Part shown: positions 32,679 through 41,979 of the stretch, in pieces
Layout of the letters: every line of letters starts with the position of its first letter
How positions within the stretch are numbered: the first letter of the stretch is position 1
From: an uncultured Phycisphaerales bacterium
GTDB lineage: Bacteria > Planctomycetota > Phycisphaerae > Sedimentisphaerales > Anaerobacaceae
Assembly: GCA_963772725.1 (NCBI GenBank)
Contig: CAVYYI010000001.1
Location: 544,001-608,000, forward strand
Reading direction: 5' to 3'
Length of the DNA stretch: 64,000 bases
Program-made: the position numbers and the translations under genes
The notes under the pieces: generated by a model
What the model was told of the DNA's origin: nothing
Database searches by the model: none
The model's input: the letters and a program-made list of their open reading frames with translations, nothing else

Positions 32679-32922
32679 TTTTTACAAATCCCTTCCGTGG
32701 AATAATATTTTCAGTTATATCCGAAATTTCTACACTGTATTGGCCCTGACTCTCGGATATCCCCGTCAGACCGTTTATTATCTGACTAAGTGACTGCAGC
32801 ACCCGGTTAAGACGACCCGTCGCAGCGACCGGAACGTCATCCGATGGCCAAAAGAATACAAAATCGCCCCCAGGCCCAAATCTGCATACTGGTTCGTTAT
32901 TTCTGTTGTAGCGGTCATTCAT
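32428..32922 (-). CDS. Hypothetical protein whose 3' half overlaps lexA out of frame
   Basis: ATG at 32922 with GGATGGA upstream; 164 codons, stop-free through 251 nt of lexA. Confidence 0.5.
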   Translation of the reverse strand: MNDRYNRNNEPVCRFGPGGDFVFFWPSDDVPVAATGRLNRVLQSLSQIINGLTGISESQGQYSVEISDITENIIPRKGFVKNEGNIGKVDKPAYTSPVGGTQSRGEFHSQSLLFPDDSRTRRHAEHKSKHRIRASRRTAKKISAFGFAGKDSLFNPDIKIARTA

Positions 32923-33074
32923 AATTTCCATCCATTTCTGCCCGTTAATTCTTGCCAGGCTCAATCTTGGTATAACCTTTATCGGTAAGACCCCCGAAAA
33001 AACCCTAACAAAAACCGAACAAAATTTGACTGATTGAAAAAAAATTTTCATTTCATTATTCGGCTTATTGAGAC

Positions 33075-33318
33075 CCCTGATAATATGGGACTCCCAATGG
33101 AATTTTAGCAAAAATTTCAGCCGTTTTTTCATAAGTTTTCGTAAATCCATTGCTAAACACCCCATTTTCCACTACACAGGCAACAGTTTTGTTGCTATCG
33201 ATGTCAAATCCGATATACTTATCCATTAGAGCCTCCATTGCAAAAAGGTTATTGTGCTGCACCACAAGTGCAAGCACGTAAATTTTTGGGACGTTTAACG
33301 ATCCCGTATTATAACAGA
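33075..33318 (-). mobile_element. Internally deleted IS110/IS1111-family element (MITE-like relic)
   Basis: GGAGG plus MDKYIGFDIDSNKTVACVV (start 33226) matches the IS110 DEDD N-terminus, then truncates; sub-terminal IR ATAATATGGGA (33080-33090) / TCCCGTATTAT (33302-33312). Confidence 0.7.
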
Positions 33319-33375
33319 GCTTGGAGGCTCCGGTTTCATAGTTTATCTGTGGCTAAAAATTGTTTTTCTCTGCTT

Positions 33376-33741
33376 ATGGATAAAACCGGAAAATTTGTAA
33401 TACAGAAACACATAAAGCTAAATGCGTCTGTCCATTGGGATTTGATGTTCGAGGCTGGCGGTGTTCTTGAAACGTACAGACTTGAATTACCACCTGAACA
33501 GATAATCCATCAGCAAACCGCCGCTGTAAAAATTTTCGACCATCCCCTTAGATTCCTAACCTATCAGGGAAGCGTCAATAAAGATGCAGGCAGTGTTGAA
33601 ATTGTTGAGTCCGGAATGTTCCAACTGATAAGTCGGGACGATAACGAAAAGAAACTGCAACTTAACGGCAAAATACTCAACGGCCTGTTTATTCTTACCT
33701 TTATTCAGGACGACAACTGGCTCTTCGGGCATCTCGGTTAA
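33376..33741 (+). CDS. Stand-alone LigD 3'-phosphoesterase-like module
   Basis: KFVIQKH...HWDLMFE...DHPLRFLTYQG...GSVEIVESG...LNGKILNG. Confidence 0.75.
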   Translation: MDKTGKFVIQKHIKLNASVHWDLMFEAGGVLETYRLELPPEQIIHQQTAAVKIFDHPLRFLTYQGSVNKDAGSVEIVESGMFQLISRDDNEKKLQLNGKILNGLFILTFIQDDNWLFGHLG

Positions 33742-33791
33742 TCACGGCCTTGACTATTTTCGTTTCCATACTCATCTGGATATTGAAAAAA

Positions 33792-35161
33792 TCACTTCAA
33801 TCCATCTTTAATATTAAAAATAGCGTTCAGATATTTTTCGACGATGCTTTTTTCCTTTGCCTCAGCTATAACCCTCATCACCGGCTCGGTATTACTGGTT
33901 CTTAAATGCACCCATCCGTCCTCGAAATCAAAGCGGCAGCCATCGCTTGTGTTGATTTTAGCCTGTGGAAAAAGTTTCATTGCTGAATCGATAATTTGCT
34001 GTGCCTGTGATTTATCAGCGGCAAATTTTTCTTTTCTCATATAATAACCGCCAACCTCGCCGGCCAGTTCGCTAACAGTTTTGCCCGTATCAGCCATCAA
34101 CTGAAGAACAATCGCGATACCGACAAGGCTGTCGCGAATCGGCCCGACGCGTAAATCTATCACACCGCCGTTACCCTCACCGCCGATTATGCACTTATGC
34201 TTTATCATAGCTCCTGCCACGTTTGCCTCTCCGACAGGTGTCCGGATGACTTTGCCGCCCGCTTTTAACGCTATATCGTCAATCATTCTCGATGTTGAAA
34301 GATTAGCGGCGGCAGCTCCTTTTCTCCTGCTGAAAATGTATTTTGCCGCCAATGCCAGCGTATATTCTTCGCCGATATAGTTCCCATTTTCATCGACAAT
34401 TGCCAGCCTGTCCGCGTCCGGGTCCTGAGCGAAACCAATATCAGCTTTTTCTTTTTTCACTATCTTGCAAAAGCCAGCCAGATTTTCCGCCGTCGGCTCA
34501 GGTGTGTGCGCAAATAGTCCCGTCGGCGTATCGTTAATCGCCTTTACTTTGCAGCCCAACTCAGCGAGCAGCTTTTTGTAATCCGTCCGCCCGCGCCGTT
34601 AACGCTGTCCAGAACGACTTTGAATTTTTTTGAGGCTATCTTCTTTTTGTTCACTATTTGCAGAACCCTGGCAATATGAACAGCGTCGGTATCCTCATTA
34701 CCGCTAACCTTGCCGCACGCGACTGAATCCGCAAAAGCGAAATGTCTATCAAAATAAATCTTCCTGATTTGTTCAGCAAATTCCGGCGGGGGGGCGATGC
34801 CGTTACCGAGCAGCAGTTTTATTCCGTTATACTGAACCGGGTTATGCGAAGCTGTAATAATCACTCCGCCCGCGCATTTAAGTTCCCTAAGCATAACACC
34901 CACACAAGGCGTTGTTACTATCCCCAAATCAATCACATCCACGCCGACAGCACACAACCCCGCGTTCACCGCGGCACTGAGCATCTGTCCGCTTGGCCTC
35001 GAATCCCTGCCGATACATACCGACAGTTTTTTTCGGCCTGTCTGCTTAGTCTTTAGAAATGTTCCATAAGCGCATCCGTACTCAGCCGCTATCGCCGCTG
35101 TAAGATTTTCACCGATAATACCTCTCATTCCGCTGATACTGATTATCAATTGTTCGGCCAT
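33792..35161 (-). CDS. glmM: Phosphoglucosamine mutase / phosphohexomutase (frameshift near 34570)
   Basis: ISGMRG, GRDSRPSG, ITASHNP, QDPDADR, GGEGNGG, LRTSNTEP. Confidence 0.85.
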
Positions 35162-35185
35162 ATTGCACTCCGCTTAATATGAGAA

Positions 35186-35210
35186 GGGGCGATTAATAAC
35201 TAATCGCCCC
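35186..35210. terminator. GC-rich hairpin between serA and glmM
   Basis: GGGGCGATTA-ATAAC-TAATCGCCCC perfect 10-bp stem. Confidence 0.55.
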
Positions 35211-35232
35211 CTTGCTTTGTTTGCGTATATTT

Positions 35233-36822
35233 TTAATCCAGCTTGCAGACATAAATCTCATTTACAAAATCCAGTTTGCCAAGCTCTTCGACCGCCTTTA
35301 CGTCCGGCTCCTTATCGAGACTGACAGCAAGGATTGCCTTTTGCTCCTTTAATTTTTGACCAACGCCCATCGTGCAGATATTGATTTTATGCTTGCCGCA
35401 AACCGTTCCGACTGCGCCAATCACGCCCGGCTTGTCGTCGTTGAATATCACCAATACCGCGCCCTGCGGGGTCATCTCAATATTGAAACCGTCAATTTCG
35501 ATAATCCTAAGCTGCGTCCCGCCGAAAACCGAACCCGTTACCGTACGTTCCATCTTATCGGTTACAATCTTGACGCTGAAGCTTGCCGATACGTCTTTCG
35601 GCTCGGCATTCTTGGTCTCATCTATGCTTATTCCCCGCTCTTTGGCCAAAACGCCGACATTAACCATATTCAGCGGCATCTCAAAATGCTTCTGCAGCAG
35701 TCCTATCGCGAAATTCAGGGTAACCGGCTTTACCCTCATTTCGGCGATTGTGCCGCGGTACTCTATAGCAACATTCTTTATCTGGCCTGTCGTAATTGTG
35801 CTGACCATCAATCCGATCCGTCTTGCGAGTTCCGCGTACTGGTTTACTATTGGCGGTACAACGCCGGTCGTCGATGGAGCGTTAACGGCGTTTCTCACGG
35901 ACCCGCCCTTGACAGCCTCTGCGAGAATCTCCGCTGCCTCAATCGCGACTTCCACCTGGGCCTCTTCCGTGCTGGCGCCAAGATGCGGCGTAACAAGGCA
36001 GTTTTCGAACTGGGTAAAACGCGTATCAACAGGCGGCTCCTTCGGGAAAACATCCAGGGCCGCTCCAGCAATTCGATTCGCCGCCAGCGCCTCATACAGT
36101 GCGTCCTCATTGATAATTCCGCCGCGAGCGCAGTTAATCAGCCGCACCGTAGGCTTCATCATCTTTATCTGCTCGGCGCCAATCATATTAAGCGTCTGGT
36201 CGTTCTTAGGCACATGAACCGTGATATAATCAGCCTCCTTGAAAATCCTGTTCAGGTCGCCGGTTACATCTACGCCGATTTTTTCTGCGTCCGGTGGGGC
36301 GGCCAGCGGGTCATATCCAAGCACTTTCATATTAAATGCCCTGGCCATCTTCGCGACAGCCATACCGATTCTGCCGAGGCCGATAACGCCCAGTACTTTC
36401 CCATTGAGCTGGTTGCCAATATATTTTTTCTTGTCCCACACACCCGATTTAAGACTATTGCATGCCGGCACAACCTTTCTGCTCATACCCAGCATCAATG
36501 CCATCGTATGCTCGGCTGCGCTGAGCGTATTGCCGCCCGGCGTATTCATTACCAGAATGCCTTTTCTTGTTGCGGCAGGCACATCAACATTATCCACACC
36601 AACACCGGCTCTGGCGATACCTTTAAGTTTGCCCGGCTTTTCCAGTACCTTCGCTGTCACCTTTGTTTCGCTTCGAATTATCAGGCCGTCATATTCCCCG
36701 ATAATCTTCGCCAGCTCATCTTCGCTTATCCCGACCTTAACTACAGGCTCAACATCTTTCATCGACTTGAGCAGGTCTATTCCTTCTTTTGCCAGTTTGT
36801 CCGTAATCAAAATTTTAGTCAT
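35233..36822 (-). CDS. serA: D-3-phosphoglycerate dehydrogenase (long form with ACT domain)
   Basis: RAGVGVDNVD, GLGRIG, INCARGG, TPHLGAST, NDDKPGVIG. Confidence 0.96.
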   Translation of the reverse strand: MTKILITDKLAKEGIDLLKSMKDVEPVVKVGISEDELAKIIGEYDGLIIRSETKVTAKVLEKPGKLKGIARAGVGVDNVDVPAATRKGILVMNTPGGNTLSAAEHTMALMLGMSRKVVPACNSLKSGVWDKKKYIGNQLNGKVLGVIGLGRIGMAVAKMARAFNMKVLGYDPLAAPPDAEKIGVDVTGDLNRIFKEADYITVHVPKNDQTLNMIGAEQIKMMKPTVRLINCARGGIINEDALYEALAANRIAGAALDVFPKEPPVDTRFTQFENCLVTPHLGASTEEAQVEVAIEAAEILAEAVKGGSVRNAVNAPSTTGVVPPIVNQYAELARRIGLMVSTITTGQIKNVAIEYRGTIAEMRVKPVTLNFAIGLLQKHFEMPLNMVNVGVLAKERGISIDETKNAEPKDVSASFSVKIVTDKMERTVTGSVFGGTQLRIIEIDGFNIEMTPQGAVLVIFNDDKPGVIGAVGTVCGKHKINICTMGVGQKLKEQKAILAVSLDKEPDVKAVEELGKLDFVNEIYVCKLD

Positions 36823-36863
36823 CTTATAGCTCCCAATAATTTTTCGCTTGTCTGATTCCTCAC

Positions 36864-37328
36864 CTAACGCTCACTTATTGTCCGTGCCAGGGTAACAGCC
36901 CAGCCCGCCGCCGCAATAATTATAATCGCCAGTACAATATACCTTATCTTTATTTCCGCAACGATACGTTTAAGAATACAAAAATATACCCCAAAAACCG
37001 CCGTAAGGGAATATAAAAATCCCGCGATAACAAGCACGCAGCAAAATAATCCGCACGCGGGCTGAATATAAAACGCATCAAAAATCTTACCTTGGGAAAA
37101 AGCAATTGCCGCCGTTGTCATCCCGCACGTCGGGCAGGGCAGGCCGAACTGCTGCTTAAATCCGCACGGATTTATAAAAAACCCGATATCTATTTTGTTT
37201 TTGCCCGCCAGCGACAGTACTGTAAAAAATAATGCTATGGATAAAAAAATTACTACAGCCCACAAACGCTGTCTCTTGGACGCCTTGCAGAAAATCTTCG
37301 CCTTATTTAACTGTTGGTCTTTTTCCAT
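36864..37328 (-). CDS. DUF2752-like membrane protein
   Basis: PCGFKQQFGLPCPTCGMTTA motif; TM helices. Confidence 0.8.
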   Translation of the reverse strand: MEKDQQLNKAKIFCKASKRQRLWAVVIFLSIALFFTVLSLAGKNKIDIGFFINPCGFKQQFGLPCPTCGMTTAAIAFSQGKIFDAFYIQPACGLFCCVLVIAGFLYSLTAVFGVYFCILKRIVAEIKIRYIVLAIIIIAAAGWAVTLARTISER

Positions 37329-37439
37329 ATTTGTGTTAAAATAAAGGTTTAAGTTCACTATGTCAATACAGCATTGTGTTCTCAGTGGATTATGGGCTGA
37401 GATAAGTTTTTTGCTTTGGATTTAGTTGGAATTACTTTT

Positions 37440-38252
37440 ATGATATTGGAACAGAACAATTTAAATCAAATTCTCGAAACCGCCGTAACCGCCGCCCGGC
37501 TGGCAGGACAAAAGGCGATGCGGGAAATAGATTCCGCCAGGATTACCATAAAAAACAATTCTGAACTCGTAACGCAACTCGATTCTCAATGCCAGCGGCT
37601 AATCATTGACCACGTCCAAAAAACTTATCCGGATGACGGTTTTATTTGCGAGGAGGGCGATAACGGCAAAATCTTCAAACAAAATCCTCGCGGCCGTGAC
37701 TGCTGCTGGTGGGTCATTGACCCCATAGACGGAACGAATAATTTCGCTCATCGCATACTTATTTTTACCGTGAGTATCGGCGTTATGTATAAAGGTGAGC
37801 CGATTGTTGGTGTGATTTACGACCCCGCGACTGATTCTATGTTCACCGCCATAAAAGGCCGGCAGGCTCAATTAAACGGCAGGCCGATAACCGCCGGTGA
37901 TGAATCCCTGAATAAATTTGCAAGTCTGACCATTGACAGCTATTTCGACCATGGTATTCCATCCTGGGCCGAACAGCTTATGATGCGAACACGTTTTCGC
38001 GACCTCGGCACAACAGCTTTGCATTTGGCCTATCTGGCTAAAGGCAGCTTTATCGCGACAGTCCTCCAAAAACCAAAACTCTGGGACGTCGCCGCAGGTG
38101 CTGTAATCGCTGAATCCGCCGGCGCCGTTGTAACTGATTGGGATGGGAAAAAAATCTTCCCTTATGACATAGAAGCCTACAATGGCCAAAGCCTCCAAAT
38201 CCTCGCCGCAAACAAAACAGTCCACCCCGAAATCCTGCAACTGCTCAAGTAA
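37440..38252 (+). CDS. Inositol monophosphatase family protein (SuhB-like)
   Basis: CEE, WVIDPIDGTNNF, WDVAAG. Confidence 0.9.
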   Translation: MILEQNNLNQILETAVTAARLAGQKAMREIDSARITIKNNSELVTQLDSQCQRLIIDHVQKTYPDDGFICEEGDNGKIFKQNPRGRDCCWWVIDPIDGTNNFAHRILIFTVSIGVMYKGEPIVGVIYDPATDSMFTAIKGRQAQLNGRPITAGDESLNKFASLTIDSYFDHGIPSWAEQLMMRTRFRDLGTTALHLAYLAKGSFIATVLQKPKLWDVAAGAVIAESAGAVVTDWDGKKIFPYDIEAYNGQSLQILAANKTVHPEILQLLK

Positions 38253-38255
38253 TTG

Positions 38256-38756
38256 TCGATTTACGGTTGCCGATTTTCGATTTATAAAATTTGCGGTTTA
38301 CGATTGGTTGGTTTATAATCCACAAGTTATTTAGGTAGGAATGACGCTGTGACGCCGGATGATTTAAAGAAAAGAACAAAGCAATTTGGTTTACTTGTGA
38401 TAAGGTTTGTGGAGACACTTCCGAAAACCACAAGCGGTCTTATTATGGGTAAACAGTTGTTGCGATGTGCTACCTCGGTAGGAGCAAATTACCGTGCCGC
38501 CTGTAGAAGCAGGTCGAAATCTGAGTTCATTGCCAAACTAGGAATTGTTGAAGAAGAAGCGGACGAGACGGTTTATTGGCTGGAAATGCTGACCGAAGCA
38601 AAGTTGGGAGAAGCAAAAATCATAAAAGAAATGCTTGCTGAGGCAAATGCATTAACTGCAATTATAGTTGCATCGCGCAAAACAGCCAAAAGCAACAATT
38701 AAAATCGCGCGTCCCAATTTTTTAAAAATCGGCAATCGCAAATCGTAAATCGGAAA
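38256..38756. repeat. Inverted heptamer-repeat arms bracketing the four-helix-bundle gene
   Basis: Left CGATTTACG (38257-65) and TTGCCGATTTT (38267-77); right AAAATCGGCAA (38725-35) and CGTAAATCG (38744-52); both pairs are exact reverse complements. Confidence 0.8.
38349..38702 (+). CDS. Four helix bundle protein (23S rRNA IVP-like, TIGR02436-type)
   Basis: LKKRTKQF, KQLLRCATSVGANYRAACRSRSKSEFIAKLGIVEEEADETVYWLE. Confidence 0.93.
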   Translation: MTPDDLKKRTKQFGLLVIRFVETLPKTTSGLIMGKQLLRCATSVGANYRAACRSRSKSEFIAKLGIVEEEADETVYWLEMLTEAKLGEAKIIKEMLAEANALTAIIVASRKTAKSNN

Positions 38757-41700
38757 TTATCTTGGGTCCGGCACCTGGTATAGCGAAACTATTTTAACCT
38801 TGTCGCTCGGCAGTTTTACGCCGCTTCTGTCCAGTATCGCCATAACCCTTCTTTGCGGCCCGTCGTTTCCGATGCGAATAAGTATATAAGCTGTGAACAC
38901 ATCACTGCGAACTGTTACCAAATCGCTCATTCTCGCGAATATTAAATCCCGTTCTTCAAAATCATTCGCTACACCATCTAATTTAGTTCGTCTATCGTTA
39001 TTTAGGTCAGGAAAACCCTTCTGATCGTCTTTATCAAGTGCATAGTAACGCATATCAACCAGTTGGTTGCTATTATTAATTACTGTTGTAAGTTCGCCGA
39101 TACTTGCAAATCCAGGTTCTTCTCTGAGGAGTGGAATGCCTGTGGCGTTGGTTCTGCCGCCGCTGTAATCAATAACATTGTTTAGCTTATCCCTGTAACT
39201 GATAATTGCTGAGGCAAGACCATAATTGAGTTCATTAACCTTTTGTGACACCCACGGAAGTTGAGCTATCACAAACCACGGTGCGGTATTAATATTTATA
39301 CGTCCCTTGATTCTTGTTTCGTTGGGGTCGTTAATATGATTATTCGGGTCTATCACAGTCAGGTACTGGAACAACTTCTGCACAGTCGGATTTTCCACAT
39401 CAAGTCTTAATTGAGCCTCTGTATCAGTAATTTGAATCCTGTCAGCTGGCATAGGTACCTCATAATAGGTACTCTTTTTGAAGACAAATCCTATCTCGCC
39501 GATATTATTAAAATGCTGCTGAAACGGCTGGATGCTCGTAACCGCTGGATACCAATTCGAATAGGTTAAATCATTAAATGATCCGAGACTCACAAAATTG
39601 CTCCGTCTACCATCTATATCCCATAGCCTTTTGACTCGCTCTTTCCAGTGTATGTCTCTCTGGAAACTCCGCGGAATTTCATTAGGATCGTTGGCGTCGA
39701 TAAGCCAATATGGTATAAGTATATCCCCTGACTGTACAGGTCCTATTGCGTCAACGATAATATCTCCATTTTTGCCCGGTCCGTCTTTATCCGGTACGTT
39801 ACGGGTCAACATAATACTTGTGTCTGGGCCGAAAACAATATCATCTGGACCAATGATACCAGCGATTGAATTAGGCTCCTGAAGCCAAGTTGTAAAATTC
39901 CATACATCGCCTTTTGATAAAACAGACTTATCGGCGTCAAGGCTATCAACGCGCCAGTAATAAGTCGTGTCGATGTTCAAAGGCGCCGACGGCTTATAAG
40001 AAGTCCACGGTTGTTCATTACCTACACGTACAGCTGAGGAAGAATCGGCGTTTGTTACTTCGTTGGAATCTGTTCCGAAATAAACATTAAAATATGTCGG
40101 CTGTACCCATATCCCATTGGGGTCCAATTCCCATCCTTGTTCCCAACTGAGAGTTATATCTGGGTCAACTCCTGTCGCGCCATCGTCGGGGCTGTCACTG
40201 AATTTAACGGTAGAAGCCAGCTCAGCGGCGGGATCTTCCCATATTTGTACAAAATATCTGCCGCCTCGCTCGGCAAAAACTTTATCGTCAACTGTGACTA
40301 TACGTTTACTAGGGTCATTGGGTTCCCCGATAATAAGTTTCCAGTCATCGAATTTTTCGTGGCCAAACTGCTTGCGAAGTTCAATACCATAAGAGCGGTG
40401 AATTATATTAGGGTCAACAGGGTCTTTTCTAACTCGGCACACTAGTTCAGATATATAAATACACGGACTTTCAAAACCATAAAAATTCCCGACACCCGGC
40501 GCGTAAACGGTGCTTACATTCGAATCCTCATCGCCGTAATCTCTGATATTTGCCGCTGCCTGGGCAAATTCCCGAATTAGAATATCCTTCGCAGCCGCTG
40601 GGAGACATGGATCTATGCAGGGCAGGAATTTAGCGTGATAAAGGTCATTGGCGTCGAGGTCTGAACTGTTTATATTGACCATCCTATCCCCAACAGCGTC
40701 GATTATCCGGTCAATATTATATGTTGTAGCAATATGCCGATAATCGTATTTATCCGGATTCACAGAACTGTTGTTTGCATGGCCGAACCAGTAGTCAGAA
40801 TTAGATGCAAACAGTGCTATATCAGTTAATGGCTTGGCAAGCCACCAGTCAGCGAACTTTGTCCAGAGTTTTTCTATTCTTGTATGAGGGTTACTCCCAT
40901 AGTTATAATTCAACATGTACCTGTATCTTAGTTTTAGTTCATCAGAGATATCGAATGGCGTATAATAGCCTGCCGGTTTGGTGCCATATCGCCAGGTGAC
41001 AGCTTCTTCGTAGGTAGAAGCCGGATAAGCATTTGCATCCGGACAGCGGGCATTCCACAATCTGTCAACTTTTTGGGTATCACTATGAGTCATATCCCTT
41101 GCAGATAATGCCATTAAATTAATCTGCGACTGTCTACGGCCGTCTATATTGCCTCTTTCCGTATCGAGCGGATTGAACAGATATGCGGTGTTGACGTTCA
41201 GCATTCCGCCGTTATCTACAACCCGCACTGCGGTATATACCCGCTCACCCTTATGCGTTTTCATTCCCGGCACCTCAGTCCATACGGAATCCGTGACACC
41301 GTCACCGTCGGCATCGGCATAATAAAACATTACAAGATTGCTGTCTCCTATTTCATTTGAGAGCTGATATTCCGGTTTAATAATTGCCTGGAGTTTCCAG
41401 TTCGTTTGCGAAGCAAGTTTGAGATAAATATCGCTTATATGCGGCCAGAAATAAATATTAGAGCCATTTGTATTCGGCTCAAGGCTTGCCAGCCACGGGT
41501 CAGCATCGCCGGGATAGTCATAATATTCAGGTTTAATCCTGCACGGGTCGTTATGCGGCACATCAAAAACCAGTTCCGTCGATATCTGCGCGATTACCGT
41601 ATCCACCGCCAAATCGAGGTCTTTGCCTACCGCTATGGAGCTTGTGGACATTCTGTTCGCGCGTGAGCTGAGCAGAAACATCGCCCCTAAAATCGCCAGA

Positions 41701-41837
41701 AGCGCCGTCAAAATAACCGTCAATATAAGTGCCGAACCTGATTCGTAATGTGTTGTGCGTGGTGCGTTGTGCGAACCAACTGCGCAATACGCGGTACGCA
41801 ATACGCACGACGATTTTTTTGCTCCAACCGTTTTCAT
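38757..41837 (-). CDS. Large PilX/GspK-like minor pilin with FN3-like insert
   Basis: GSALILTVILTALLAILG helix; LNVNTA and RININTAPWFVIAQLP HhH-like motifs; FASIGEL; VTVRSDVFTAY; LSWEQG...YYWRVD...GDVWNFTT module. Confidence 0.75.
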   Translation of the reverse strand: MKTVGAKKSSCVLRTAYCAVGSHNAPRTTHYESGSALILTVILTALLAILGAMFLLSSRANRMSTSSIAVGKDLDLAVDTVIAQISTELVFDVPHNDPCRIKPEYYDYPGDADPWLASLEPNTNGSNIYFWPHISDIYLKLASQTNWKLQAIIKPEYQLSNEIGDSNLVMFYYADADGDGVTDSVWTEVPGMKTHKGERVYTAVRVVDNGGMLNVNTAYLFNPLDTERGNIDGRRQSQINLMALSARDMTHSDTQKVDRLWNARCPDANAYPASTYEEAVTWRYGTKPAGYYTPFDISDELKLRYRYMLNYNYGSNPHTRIEKLWTKFADWWLAKPLTDIALFASNSDYWFGHANNSSVNPDKYDYRHIATTYNIDRIIDAVGDRMVNINSSDLDANDLYHAKFLPCIDPCLPAAAKDILIREFAQAAANIRDYGDEDSNVSTVYAPGVGNFYGFESPCIYISELVCRVRKDPVDPNIIHRSYGIELRKQFGHEKFDDWKLIIGEPNDPSKRIVTVDDKVFAERGGRYFVQIWEDPAAELASTVKFSDSPDDGATGVDPDITLSWEQGWELDPNGIWVQPTYFNVYFGTDSNEVTNADSSSAVRVGNEQPWTSYKPSAPLNIDTTYYWRVDSLDADKSVLSKGDVWNFTTWLQEPNSIAGIIGPDDIVFGPDTSIMLTRNVPDKDGPGKNGDIIVDAIGPVQSGDILIPYWLIDANDPNEIPRSFQRDIHWKERVKRLWDIDGRRSNFVSLGSFNDLTYSNWYPAVTSIQPFQQHFNNIGEIGFVFKKSTYYEVPMPADRIQITDTEAQLRLDVENPTVQKLFQYLTVIDPNNHINDPNETRIKGRININTAPWFVIAQLPWVSQKVNELNYGLASAIISYRDKLNNVIDYSGGRTNATGIPLLREEPGFASIGELTTVINNSNQLVDMRYYALDKDDQKGFPDLNNDRRTKLDGVANDFEERDLIFARMSDLVTVRSDVFTAYILIRIGNDGPQRRVMAILDRSGVKLPSDKVKIVSLYQVPDPR

Positions 41838-41859
41838 ATTCCACCTCTCTTTTCTTTTT

Positions 41860-41976
41860 TTGCCACAGAGGCCACAGAGAACACAGAGAAAAATAATTTT
41901 TGGCCACAGATTTCACTGATTTTTACTTTTTACTTTTTACTTTTTTTCAGTGTCATCTGTGTAATCTGTGATTAAA
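41860..41976. repeat. Nested intergenic 9-mer/7-mer repeats
   Basis: CCACAGAG units, CACAGATTTCACTGAT arm, TTTTAC tract and TTCAGTGTCATCTGTGTAATCTGTGATTAAA arm. Confidence 0.75.
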
Positions 41977-41979
41977 TAT

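Noticed and set aside
36590..36598. DnaA box TTATCCACA
   Set aside because: Single occurrence inside the serA coding sequence; no cluster or origin context.
35356..36855. Long antisense ORFs (499 aa over serA, 380 aa over aroA'/aroB', 259 aa over pdxJ, 251 aa over ftsH)
   Set aside because: Shadow frames of well-conserved genes, with no recognisable motifs.
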